DNA of 64,000 nt from Octopus vulgaris (lineage: Eukaryota), in NCBI GenBank assembly GCA_951406725.2, contig OX597823.1, positions 92,504,001 to 92,568,000 of the forward strand, read 5' to 3'. The position numbers were made by a program, and so were the translations under genes. Under the pieces are notes generated by a model that saw only the letters and a list, made by a program, of their open reading frames with translations, was not told the DNA's origin and ran no database searches. The number at the start of each line of letters is the position of its first letter. Position 1 is the stretch's first letter. Positions 1 through 11,787 of the stretch are shown here, in pieces.

Positions 1-281
1 CATTCAATAATCTTCTCGTTGCTAAACTTCCACAGGAAAATTTAGATGCCTCATAAAAGTAGGCTGAAGAAAAGATGCAATTTAATGCAGCAAAATTCCA
101 AGTCCTCAATTCTCATCCTGCGTATGCTGGTACACCGTAGATAAGGTACTGTGGACCAAAAGGAACGGCATTCAAAGAGTCGAATGATACGTAACCTGAC
201 TATTAATTTACATACAGACAGACACACGAACATACATACATATATACGTACATACATATATACATACATACATACATACAT

Positions 282-322
<41 letters not shown>

Positions 323-384
323 TAGACACACAGGCACACGTACATACATACATATATACATACATACATACAAAGAAAACTACA

Positions 385-830
385 AAACATATCTATTCGT
401 CATTGAATCTGTTTCGGAGTAGACCCATCCTGAAACCATACACTTATCCAGTGTCATTTCTATCGATAGAAACATTCCTGGAACTTTTGTTGGTCAGCAG
501 CTGTCTCGTTAGTTTCTCAATGCCTTGAAATCTTGATCCTTTCAAGTGGGATTCATTTGTAGCCTTGGTTTTGGGGTTATAGCCCTATACACACAATTCG
601 TCACCTCTTATGGCCGCTTTCAAAAGTCATCGTCTTCCTCGACACAGCCTCGGAGATCTAGTACAGCTCGATTTTGATTTTCGTTTTGAGACGACCAAAC
701 TCTCGACAAATTGCAAACGCTGTTTTAAACAACAGATGCGAGTGCTAATGATACAACGTAATGTGCTTGCACGACAGAGCTCCAGAACAATCCCTGCCAA
801 GTAGCTTCACACTGGGTACTTTGACTGCGT
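385..830 (-). mobile_element. Decayed, internally deleted mariner-family transposase remnant
   Basis: Minus-strand translation gives DLRGCVEEDDDF..AIRGDELCV*GYNPKTK (cf. mariner ITGDETWVYGYDPETK) followed directly by a C-terminal-like QKFQECF..HW segment; stops and frameshifts. Confidence 0.6.
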
Positions 831-918
831 TACCATAGCAATAGTTCCGTTACTTTTTGATAAGACTTTGTATACATGCATATACACACACATATAAATA
901 TGAATGCATACATATATA

Positions 919-989
<71 letters not shown>

Positions 990-993
<4 letters not shown>

Positions 994-2860
994 GCGGTTC
1001 AACTTCTCCAGGCGCCAACGCCGCCTCAACATCTCCCCGGCCGAGCTCTTGGCTCTTCGTTCCCTCCAACGGCGCGCTGACATTATCATCAAACCGGCTG
1101 ACAAGGGTGGAGCTGTAGTGGTGTGGCGCGCGGACCTCTATAGGGCCGAGGCTTTCCGCCAACTCAATGACACCTCCTATTCCCCTCTGCCCTCTAACCC
1201 CACACGTAGCTACCAACAGACGGTATCCTCTACTGTCCGCGACCTCATCTCGTCCTCCCGTCTCCCCCGCACCGCATCCAACCTAATTGTGCGAACCCCA
1301 CGTACCCCCACCATTTACTTCCTCCCCAAAATCCACAAACCCAACAACCCTGGCCGCCCCATCGTCTCCGCCTGTAACTGCCCCACGGAGCTCATCTCTA
1401 AATACCTCGACCGTGTCCTTGACCCCCTAGTGGCATCTCTTCCCTCCCACATCCACGATACCAACCATGCTCTCCGGCTTTTCAACACTTTCTCCTTTCC
1501 TCCCGGCTCCTCCAAAATCCTTTTTACTATGGACATCGAAAGCCTCAATACTGTTATCCCTCACCACGAAGGACTGCAGGCCCTTCGATACTTTCTTGAC
1601 CTCCGCTCTAACCCTGTACCTGACACCTCCACACTCATTCGTCTGGCCGAACTTGTCCTTACTCTGAACTGCTTCTCGTTCGCGGGCGAGTTCTACCATT
1701 AGGTCTCGGGAGTTGCCATGGGAACGCGAATGGGCCCCAACTATGGGCCCTGTTCGTTGGCTATGTTGAGGCCCAAATATTCTCTAATTTCACTGGTCCC
1801 ACTCCTGAACTATATGGTCGTTACATTGACGACATTATCGGTGCCACCTCACTCTCCCGTGAACATCTAGATTCCTTCCTCTCTTTCGTCCAATCTTTCC
1901 ATCCAGCCCTCCACTTCACTTCCACTATCTCCAACACCTCTGTCTCCTTCCTCGACATTTCGGTTAGCATTCTTCACTCCACTCTTACCACCTCCATTCA
2001 CTACAAACACACAGACTCACACTCATACCTCAACTTCTCTTCCTCCCACCCAGAACACACCAAGCTTTCCATCCCCTATTCCCAATTCCTCCGTCTACGT
2101 AGGCTCTGTAGTGACGACCATGACTTTGAGACTCAGTCTCAACGTATGGCTCACCACTTCACCCTACGTGGATACCCCCTCACCACTATCCACACCGCCC
2201 TTGCCAGAGCACGGTCCGTGGACCGTGTATCTGCTCTCTCTCCCCGAACCCGCCCTGTAGTCTCCCGCCTCCTTTTTCCCCTCACTTACCACCCCACGAC
2301 CCTACGTCTCCAACGCACCATTCTTCGAGCTTTCCGTCATCTCCAGTCCGACCCGTCCACTTCACACCTCTTCCCTAACCGACCCCTCCCCTCATTCAAA
2401 CGAGCCCACAACCTTCGAGACCTTTTGGTCCATAGCTCCTTCCCTGACCCTACCTCCCAACCCGGCTCGTTCCCCTGCTCCCGCCCACGTTGCCGCACTT
2501 GCCCTTGACTCTCCAACACCACCCGCCTCACTAGCACCCACCATCGACCCTATCCCATCATCCACTCCTTCACCTGCACCTCCAGCAATATTATCTATTG
2601 CGTCTCTTGCTCTCTCTGCAATTCCTTGTACATCGGACAAACGGGACGCCGCTTGGCTGACCGGTTCGCGGAACACCTTCGTGACATCCACCTTGCGAAC
2701 GACACACCGGTCTCACGCTATTTCCGCTCCACCGGTCACTCCTTGCAACACCTATCTGTGTTCGGTTTGTCCTTACACAGAGGCCATCCGGAGTCCCGTT
2801 TGCGCCGTGAACAGGAATTAATCTTCTCTCTTCGCTCTTATACGCCATTTGGTCTCAACT
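990..2860 (+). pseudogene. PLE reverse transcriptase + GIY-YIG endonuclease, disrupted
   Basis: [55 protein letters not shown] (1819-1833), CSRPRCRTCP linker, FTCTSSNIIY..CSLC..YIGQTGRRLADRFAEH, terminal PFGLN. Stop at 1700-1702, frameshift ~1750, stop at 2506-2508. Confidence 0.92.
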
Positions 2861-3632
2861 CTCCCCCCTCCTCATCTAACCCCCCTCTCCCCCTCCTCAC
2901 CTATCCTTCCCCCCCGACCCCTACTTCTTCAGTCCTTCATCCTTTCACCCCTACTCCCCTTCCCTTCTTCCCTCTTTCTCCCTCCCTCCTTCCCTCTTCC
3001 CTCTGCTCCCTCACTCCCCTTCTCTCTCCCCCTCCCTTCTCCTTCCTCCCCCTCCTCCCTCTTCCATCCTCCCTCACTCCCCTTCTCTCTCCCCTCCCCT
3101 CTTTCCTCCTTCCTCCCCCTCCTCCGCCTCCTCTTCCCCCTCTCCTCCCTTTTCTTCCCCTCCCCTTCTCCCCCTCCCCCCCTCTTCTCCTCACTACACC
3201 ACACGACTTTACACATCACATCATATATGATGTGCCATACTAATACATACACCAATTAATACATACTAATACGTACTAATACATACTAATACATACTAAT
3301 ACATACACCAACCCTATACATACACACGTCCAGACCCCTCATACGCACTTATACTCTCTCATACACACACACACACACTTATACATACTAATACGTACTA
3401 ATACATACTAATACATACTAATACATACACCAACCCCATACATACGCCTGTCCAGACCTATCCTAGGGTCATTCAACCCTATTATCAACCCTATTATCTC
3501 CCCTTATTTCGCTCTCGCGTCTCATGTTTGATCTTTGACCTCTGGCCGATATCAGATCGCCATGTTGATTCTTTAGTTACTGCACGCATTTTTTTCTCTC
3601 CTTCTTTCTGTGTTTTTTTTTCTATCTGTGTA

Positions 3633-3670
3633 TCTTTCTGTTGAAGAGCGTAGGCTCGAAACGTTAAAGA
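3633..3670 (+). ncRNA. Minimal type I hammerhead-ribozyme-like motif in PLE pLTR
   Basis: TCTTT-CTGTTGA-A-GAGC-gtag-GCTC-GAAACGT-T-AAAGA: helix I TCTTT/AAAGA, helix II GAGC/GCTC, palindromic ACGT helix III; position 6 is U instead of A. Confidence 0.7.
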
Positions 3671-3788
3671 CTTGTTTTATTTATATTTCCTGAGCGCCAT
3701 ACTAATACAATTGTTTGTTTGTTTTCCACCTGCCTTCGTCTTTTGTCTATTTTCATAAAGCTTCCCGTTATATATATATATATATTAT

Positions 3789-4301
3789 TATATTTCGGAA
3801 CGGTCATATTGCCAGTTTAGCCAATAAAAACACACGCACTATATATTTGGTGTTATTTTGCTTCAGTGATATTTATTTTTTACATTAATCTTAATCTTAT
3901 TTCGGCCAGAGTTCTTTCGTCACACTCCTGTGACCACATCAGTGGTCCTTTGTTTTCTTCTCACTTATTTGTGTCTCTCCTTACTAACCGTCAGCCATTT
4001 TGTATTTCTATTGTATGTCTTCATTTGCGCATGCTTATATCTCTATGTGCGTCTATGTTTATTTAGTGTGTGTGGGGGGGATGCCTGTAATATTTGTATC
4101 TTCTGTTTATATACATTCATGTAATTTGTATTTTGTTTTTGTTGTTGTTGCTTTTGTTCTAATTTTGTTCATGTGTTTACATCCACCCATTATTATCATT
4201 ACATATGCTTGTATGTATGTATAACAACAATATTAGTAATAATAATAACAAATCTAATCGAAAAAAAAAATATATATATACATATACACACATATATACA
4301 C

Positions 4302-4351
<50 letters not shown>

Positions 4352-4851
4352 TTGTATATATACATACATATACATACATAGATATATATACATATATATA
4401 GTTATTCATTTCTATTTGTTTATTTATCTGTGTATTTATTATGTTTTCGGGATCCTCTATCGTCATATGTTGTGGTGTGTGCTATTGCTCCATTCTAGTT
4501 TTCTATTCAGGCTAGGTTTATTTTCTATTATATGTGTAGCTTCTGTAATTTGTCTAATTGTTGCATCTGTTCTATGTGTTGACAATATCTTAATCTCTAT
4601 GTTATTGATTGATCCCCCGTGTTCTTGTTCGGCGTGTTGGTACAGAATCGATGAGCTTTTACCTTCCTTGAGTTGTCTCCAATCTTCATTCACCCGCTCT
4701 CCTATGCTTCTTGCCGTTTCCCCTACGTATGTTACTGTCTTGTTACTGCATCGTCCCTCTATACATCTTATACTATAGACAAAATAACACCAAATATATA
4801 GTGCGTGTGTTTTTATTGGCTAAACTGGCAATATGACCATTCCGAAATATA
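3789..4851 (-). mobile_element. 5'-truncated PLE: GIY-YIG end, pLTR, and inverted pLTR fragment
   Basis: Minus-strand [31 protein letters not shown]...[19 protein letters not shown] (4463-4775); 3789-3861 is the reverse complement of 4779-4851. Confidence 0.85.
3904..3948 (-). ncRNA. Degenerate hammerhead motif in pLTR
   Basis: Reverse complement GGACCA-CTGATGT-G-GTCACA-ggag-TGTGAC-GAAAGAACTC-TGGCC; 6-bp helix II; A9 replaced by T. Confidence 0.6.
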
Positions 4852-4911
4852 ACAATATCTGTTTCAACACACGACTTCACATGAAAAATCTTGCACAACA
4901 AATATTTAAAC

Positions 4912-4968
<57 letters not shown>

Positions 4969-5019
4969 TAAGCTTCCGTGTAAGAATGTATGTACATTTG
5001 GATTTATATCTGTGTGTAG

Positions 5020-5052
<33 letters not shown>

Positions 5053-5161
5053 AATATATATATATCTATATATATATGTATGTATATATATATATACATA
5101 TATATATAAATATACATATATATATATATATAGATATATATACATATATATATAGACATAC

Positions 5162-5239
<78 letters not shown>

Positions 5240-5684
5240 TTGCGCGAGTACACATATATATTCATATTATATGTATACGTATATGTGCTCAGGATACATA
5301 GACATATGTATACATACCAGCATACATATGTGTGTATATATGTGCATATATAAGTATTTAAAATGTTTACAAATCCGTTTTTTTTTAACAACCGCAACAT
5401 ACAATTTTTCAAGTAGAAATGTTTTTCAGCAGGTATTTTTTTTTTAAATCAAAAAAGAATACTTTTGCAGTTTTCTTTCGTTTTTGATATACACACTTTT
5501 AGTCTTCGATTTTTTTTAATGCTGTTATTTTATTTATTTATTTGATGTATGGCTTTGCTTCCGATACCTTCAAGCGAATTATGATGTATTTGTAGCCGTC
5601 ATCCAATATTAGTTATTAAAAATAAAAATAAATTTATCTGTGCTATCCTCGGGATGCATTCTAGAATGTCCTCCTCCTCATAAT

Positions 5685-6601
5685 CATGATGATGATCATC
5701 ATCATCATCATTATCATCACATTCACGTTGTCGTCTTCACAGTCCTTGTAGCCGCCGTTATCGTCGTTACGATCTTTACTACTATAATCATCACGACAAC
5801 GACGACGACCACCACCACGAACACGACCAGCATCACCACCACCACCACCATTACCACCACCATCAACATCTCCACTACGAACACCATCTCCACTACCACC
5901 ACCACCAACAACAACACCAACACCATAACCGCCAACACACCACCATCACCAACACCACCACCCCTCCACCACCACAACCACCACCACCACTACAACCACC
6001 ACCACAACCAACACCACCACTACCACCACCACCACAACCACCACCACACTACAACCACCACCACAACTACCACCAGAACAACAACCACCACCACCACAAC
6101 CACCAATACCACCACCCCTCCACCACCACTGCAACCACCACACAACCACCACATCACCACTACAACCACCACCAGAACAACAACCACCACCACCACAACC
6201 ACCAACACCACCACCACTGCAACCACCATCACAACCAACCACCACCACAACCACCACCACCACAAACACCACCACCACCACCACAACAACCACCACCACC
6301 ACAACCACCAACACCACCACCACCACCATCAGCACCACCAACACAACCACCACGACGACCGCCATGACCCTCCCACCGCCACCACTATCGTCGTCATCAT
6401 CATTAGTAGCAGCAGCATCATTGTATCCGTCGCTGTCGTACTAAGCATCATCGTTATTTGCATAACCACCATAACCGCCATCATCTCCGCAACTACTTGT
6501 GCCACCTCCACCACCATCTCCACAACTGTCATCATCGTCGTCGTTGTACCCTCCACCTCTTCCTCCTCCTCCCCCATCATCATCATCGTCGTCGTCTTCA
6601 A

Positions 6602-6633
<32 letters not shown>

Positions 6634-6635
6634 CC
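5685..6635. repeat. Compound (ACC)n/(ATC)n low-complexity tract
   Basis: Direct reading: CAC/ACC/AAC and CAT repeats. Confidence 0.9.
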
Positions 6636-7147
6636 CCAGCAGTCTGATAACCGTAACCATCCTGTCTACTTTATGTTCTAAGTGATATTAGGTTTATTTA
6701 TTTACTTATTTATATATTTATTTATATATTTATTTATTTTATACTTACTATTTCGAACATTTCTTCCCCACTTCAAATATGGAAGATTAAAAGCAAAGAA
6801 GCAGGCGAGAATCGTATTTTCCAAATCTTATTTGAACTTACGTCGAGAAACGTAATAAAACATTTGAAGGAAATATGCTTGGCATTAGACTTAACGGAAA
6901 TGTTCAAATCATCGTTAGTACTGAGAGAGCTACACAGGTGAATGTGACAATCAGATTAATATATGTTTGATGTCATAGAGATAGATGCCCGGATAGCTTA
7001 AACAAAAGGTGATTTGTCTAGCAGATAAAGATACCGAGCGTGTGGTAAGCTTATTCAATATTCATATAGATATGTACTTTCGGGGAGGTAGGTGGAGATC
7101 AGGTTTCAGAAATGCTGATATGTGTATTTAAGAGAGATAAAATGAAG

Positions 7148-7190
<43 letters not shown>

Positions 7191-7366
7191 TTGTGTGTGT
7201 GTGAGTGTGCGGGTGTGCGTATACACAGATCCATAGAGGTATATCTGTATCTATGTATGCATATATAAACATACGTATATATATATATGTATGCATGTAT
7301 GCGTATGTACATATAATATATAGGTAGGTGTGTAAACACACACATACCAATATACACACCTATGCA

Positions 7367-7402
<36 letters not shown>

Positions 7403-7469
7403 CATAATATATATATACATACACATGTATATATATATATGTATATATATATGCATATATATATATTCA

Positions 7470-7513
<44 letters not shown>

Positions 7514-7564
7514 ATATATACACATACATATTTATAAATACCTACACATATGTATATATACATA

Positions 7565-7735
7565 TAGAGGGAGAATTCACAGAAAACAAAAGACGAAGAC
7601 AGGTGGTGGAGACAACAAATAGATTTATTAGTATAACACTCGTGAAGTGAAAAAGTCTTTAACGTTTCCAGCCTACGCTCTTCCACAGAAAGGAACACAG
7701 AAAAAAACCAAGGAGAGAAAATAAAGAATATACAT
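7565..7735 (-). mobile_element. Solo pLTR of the 990-3770 PLE family, with HHR motif at 7656-7693
   Basis: Reverse complement resembles 3600-3765, including CTTT-CTGTGGA-AGAGCGTAGGCTG-GAAACGTT-AAAGA; flanked by (TA)n. Confidence 0.8.
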
Positions 7736-7745
7736 ATACATATAC

Positions 7746-7791
<46 letters not shown>

Positions 7792-7799
7792 ACATATAT

Positions 7800-8260
7800 A
7801 AAAGGTTTCGAGAAGCTCAGAACATATAAAGACTTGCTCATTAAAATCGAAAATACTTGATATCTCAAGGCGATTACAAAGTCAATGATTCTAGGAGCCC
7901 CTGGAATGATCGATAAAAGAAACTGAAAATTATTTCAGAACGATCCCTGGCTCACCATCCATGCAAGGGCAAAATATTGTTTTAACTGGTACATCACACG
8001 TATTGAGAGGAACATATTCACTGTGAATTTTGTCTTACTTTTCACCATTTTTCTTTGTTTTTTCAGTTTTTTTCTCTTTTTATTTTTCCTCTTTTTCTAT
8101 CTAACTTGACTTCTTTCAAACTTAATTTTGTAAAAGAAAAACCTAGTGTATTTATTTTTTTGGCCTACCAATGTATACAGTAAGATTGTTTTCCCTAGGT
8201 GTCGGGAAGACACTCGGTAAGAAATGGAAACAACTTTGAATAAAGAAGGAAAATAATAAT
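7800..8260 (+). mobile_element. 3' fragment of R4/Dong-like (RLE) non-LTR retrotransposon
   Basis: [14 protein letters not shown]...MILGAPGMI...IPGSPS..QNIVLTGTSHVLR, typical of the RLE C-terminus; 3' UTR ends in AATAATAAT. Confidence 0.7.
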
Positions 8261-8395
8261 GACTTTTGCCTTATATATTTTCCGTTTCGATAAAATAGGT
8301 AAAAGTTGAGCAGTTGGGTCGGTGTAAACAACTGACGCTCTCTTCCGAAGTTGCTGGCCTTGAACCTGTTATTTCTATTATAATTACATAAGATA

Positions 8396-8580
8396 TGGCG
8401 ACCTGGCAGAAACGTTAGCAGGCCGAGCTACATGTTTTGTGTATTTCGTCCATTATTTTCTTCTGAGTTCAAATTCGGCCGACGTCAGCTTTCTCCTTCA
8501 TCCTTTCGAGCACTGGGGACGATGAAATCGACTTAACACCTACCCTGAAACTGCCGGCCTTGAGCCAAAATTTGATACAA
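8396..8580 (+). mobile_element. SINE-B copy (decayed)
   Basis: ctggcagaaacgttagca...ttctgagttcaaattc...ccttcatcctttcg, shared with copies at 28251 and 31021. Confidence 0.75.
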
Positions 8581-9213
8581 ATATTAAATCAATCTTCTCA
8601 TTATAGAACTTCATATTACAGTCCAATAAAATTAATAATAACTCTACTCCCTATCTAAATTTACCTAAATTGCTCTGCATAACACTAACTTTATCATACG
8701 ATCTAAACAATCTTAAACCGGAATGTAATCTCGATAATATACCCAACCATGTTATTAACTCGTAATCTCTAGCCGTAATCATCTATATATTAATGCAACA
8801 ATATTGAATTATGTGCTGCTGGAATTACCCAATCTTATCACCGTTAACTATTCTTACTATAGTTATCCATTCTTACAAATTTAGCCCGTCATACTCTAAT
8901 CTACCTGATATCATACATGAATCCAAATGATTGTTAATTCTCTATTAAATTTCTCAAATAATCATTAAAGGTATTCGTTGCTTTAACTCTCACAACATCC
9001 CATTCAACACGCTCTATTGAATTTTTCTTATGTATTTAATTTCCTCAATATAAATTATCGCAGTAACCGAAGATTTCCTTCCTCACATATATCCTCACAT
9101 TCAACAATACTAGCTAATCTTTAATATTGCCGAACAATATTGTCTTTTACTTTTCTCACATGCGCGTGCACACACACAAGTGTATATACATGCATACACA
9201 CACAACTGTACAT

Positions 9214-9259
<46 letters not shown>

Positions 9260-9357
9260 CAGAGCAAGCGCATAAATGTGAAACATGGTGCAAAAATAGT
9301 ACTCGAATACCGGAGGTAGACGAATATGCTTTATAAATGATTTCTTAATTAAGTATA

Positions 9358-9431
<74 letters not shown>

Positions 9432-9479
9432 GGCGCAGGAGTAGCTGTGTGGTAAGTAGCTTTGCTAACCAGACATGCG

Positions 9480-9520
9480 CAGTTAGTCGGTTGCTTCTTG
9501 TTGAGCTAGAGTGGACGTGA
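9480..9520 (+). promoter_or_regulatory. Possible internal Pol II promoter (Inr-like CAGTT/TTAGTC plus DPE-like GGACGTG)
   Basis: GGACGTG at 9513-9519, about 28 nt after the Inr-like A at 9485, at the element 5' end as in many invertebrate LINEs. Confidence 0.4.
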
Positions 9521-10155
9521 GTCCAACTAAAGAAAAAAGACCAAAAACGGAAAGTTGTCGAGGTAAGTGATTTTGTTTATTGTGAGTTGGGCATAATTTA
9601 TTGCGTGCCAATTATTATTTCAGTAGGTTGTGTCCAACTCTGAGACAATTTCGCCTGCGCTAGGCGGCTGCCGTTTTTGTGTTCATTGAAAAAAAAAAAA
9701 AAAAAGAAAAAACAGTGGAGGGGCGTATACTCAGGATTCAATACAGTTACTGTTAAAATCACCGTTGGCAGTAACCAGTGCTGTGTTTGAGTTTGCTGAA
9801 TTTATTCCCTTGTCAGAGTACTTCGCAAGAAAAGTATAAAAATAAGCCACTATTGGATTACCTTTCGGACCCATTTTTGTGGAGGTTGTGTTGCAGTTGC
9901 GGCGTTCCAGGTTCAACCCAGGCCGGGAGTACCGCAGAATATTTTTGCTGTGTTTTTTCTGTTTATTAACTTTCTTTTGAACTTCATTTACCCCCCCCCC
10001 TTTTGTTTTTTCTTTATTGCGACTTTCCGTTAATTTCTTCCCTTCTGTTGTGCTTTTTCCATTTTGTTTTTTCAAAAATCTATCAAATTTATTTAGACTT
10101 TTGAACTTTTTTCTTCCTGCTTTTGAGTCTAATTTGAATATATTTTTTAAAAAAC

Positions 10156-11328
10156 ATGGCAATGAAATATAACAAAGTTTTGGAGTGGGAAATCATACCA
10201 CCCAAAAAGTGGTTGAAGGACCGTGAAGATAGGACGGTGGTGTTGAGAACCTACTCCAAGGCACTTGACACCATCGCCCTATTCGAAAAGACGGCAATTG
10301 AGGAGGAGTTGGAGGAGTATTTGCCAACAATTAAATTCATTTCCAGGGGTGTCAAATATGGAACGGTGTGGTTGCTGTTTGACACCCCTGAAGAGGCTTG
10401 TACAAATTTGCTAGCGAACCCTTGGAGGGTAAGGAAATCTTATTCCTGCCCACTTACAAAAAAAAGAAATTAATGAAAGCTTGGATCTGCGGACTGCCAC
10501 CCGACATAGAACCCGAGTGGATAGAGGAGACTATCCGCCGGGGTCTGGGTGACAGCGAAACTAAGCTCCTCAATGTAAAAGTTCTTCCTGCGGCTGCTTG
10601 GGTTGGCTCGAAAGCAGTTTTGACCCTGTGGACCCAATCAGCCAATCTGGTTTTTCCAGATTTTTTGAAAATGGCCGGGTGCAGGTACCCGGTGATGCTT
10701 GAGGGTCGCCCCCCTAAGTGTCATCGGTGCTTGGAGTCCGGCCACATAAAGAAGAACTGTTCTCGGGAACAAAATAGGATCCCGGAACAGTTAAGTAAAA
10801 CCCCTCTAGAAGAGGGAACGATAACGGCCGAGAAAGCAGAGGACTCCTCAAGCAGAGGCCGAAAGAGGAAGGTGAGCAACAATGGGTGCTCACCAAAGGA
10901 TAATAGGGATGAGGAGAGTAGGGCGAATCTTCCAGCCACGGAGGAGACGCACCCTCCCTCAGTTGAAAAGGGAAAAAAAAGAAAAAGAGGAAGAAAAACG
11001 GGACGTTGCCGGCTGTCAGTGTGGCACCGGAATGTCGCGGAACTACGTCGGTTGGGGTTGTGCCACCGACAAGAGAAGGAATACCGTTGGCGGAAACTGT
11101 GCCGCCAACGAAAGAACTGAATGTATTGGTCCTCTTCTATAGAGGAGGAGAAATTGAAAAAGTGATGGAAGAGCACTACAAGGGAGCACCTTTAGCCTTC
11201 ACACAGGACCCCGAATGGCCTCCGCAGGTAGCTGTGGAGGCCGTGGCGTTCGACGTGACGTACCTTGAAGACTAACCAACCACATGGTTCGCGGGCACAA
11301 GCTATTTCGAGGACGATATGTATTATTA
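10156..11328 (+). pseudogene. ORF1-like protein with CCHC zinc knuckle (frameshifted)
   Basis: Overlapping ORFs 10156-10473, 10398-11120 and 11006-11275; YPVMLEGRPPK-CHRCLESGHIKKNC (CX2CX4HX4C) preceded by RRM-like segments; after TAA 11273-11275 the frame continues PTTWFAGTSYFEDDMYY*. Confidence 0.75.
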
Positions 11329-11754
11329 GTAATGGACTTAAGTCCAAAAATTGAAAAATTGTAAGAAGATTAATACCTCGTTTTGTATTAATAATGGACT
11401 GCTAAGCCCAAAATTGGAAAAATTGTAAGAGGTTTAATACCTCGTTTTGTGTTAATCTTTTTTAAAAAGAACAATGTTTTAGAGAAGCAAAAGTCGGCGG
11501 GCGCTTTCTGTCTTCTCTCATCCTTATCATCTTTCTTTCATTATCATTCACCTCATTAATGTCCTCGTCCAGCCCGCAAAGCTAACTTAATCTGTGTACT
11601 GCCTTTATGGCAAATGTTTTGAAATAAAGTAGCTTGCTAACCAACCACATGGTTGGCATCTTGGGCATGTGTCTTCTGTTATAGCCCCGGGCCGACAAAT
11701 GCCTTGTGAGTGGATTTGGTAGACGGAAACTGAAAGAAGCCTGTCGTATATATG

Positions 11755-11787
<33 letters not shown>

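Larger units (their letters stand above)
990..3770 (+). mobile_element. 5'-truncated Penelope-like retroelement (Neptune-like) inserted in (TA)n
   Basis: RT + GIY-YIG coding region, then a pyrimidine tract (2860-3190), ATACATACTA repeats, and a pLTR with an HHR motif; (TA)n on both sides. Confidence 0.92.
9472..11626 (+). mobile_element. Non-autonomous L1/Tx1-like element encoding only an ORF1 (gag-like) protein
   Basis: TSD aagtagctt(t)gctaacca at 9454-9471 and 11627-11643; ends in GAAATAAA; ORF1-like CDS; no endonuclease or RT sequence seen. Confidence 0.8.

Noticed and set aside
2506-2508. In-frame TGA in the PLE as selenocysteine (as in Naiad PLEs)
   Set aside because: It follows CRTCP at a non-Cys position, the element has a C-terminal endonuclease, and it carries other inactivating lesions.
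5640-6647. 335-aa Thr/His-rich mucin-like ORF
   Set aside because: Pure trinucleotide repeat, open in several frames on both strands, with no domain or splice evidence.
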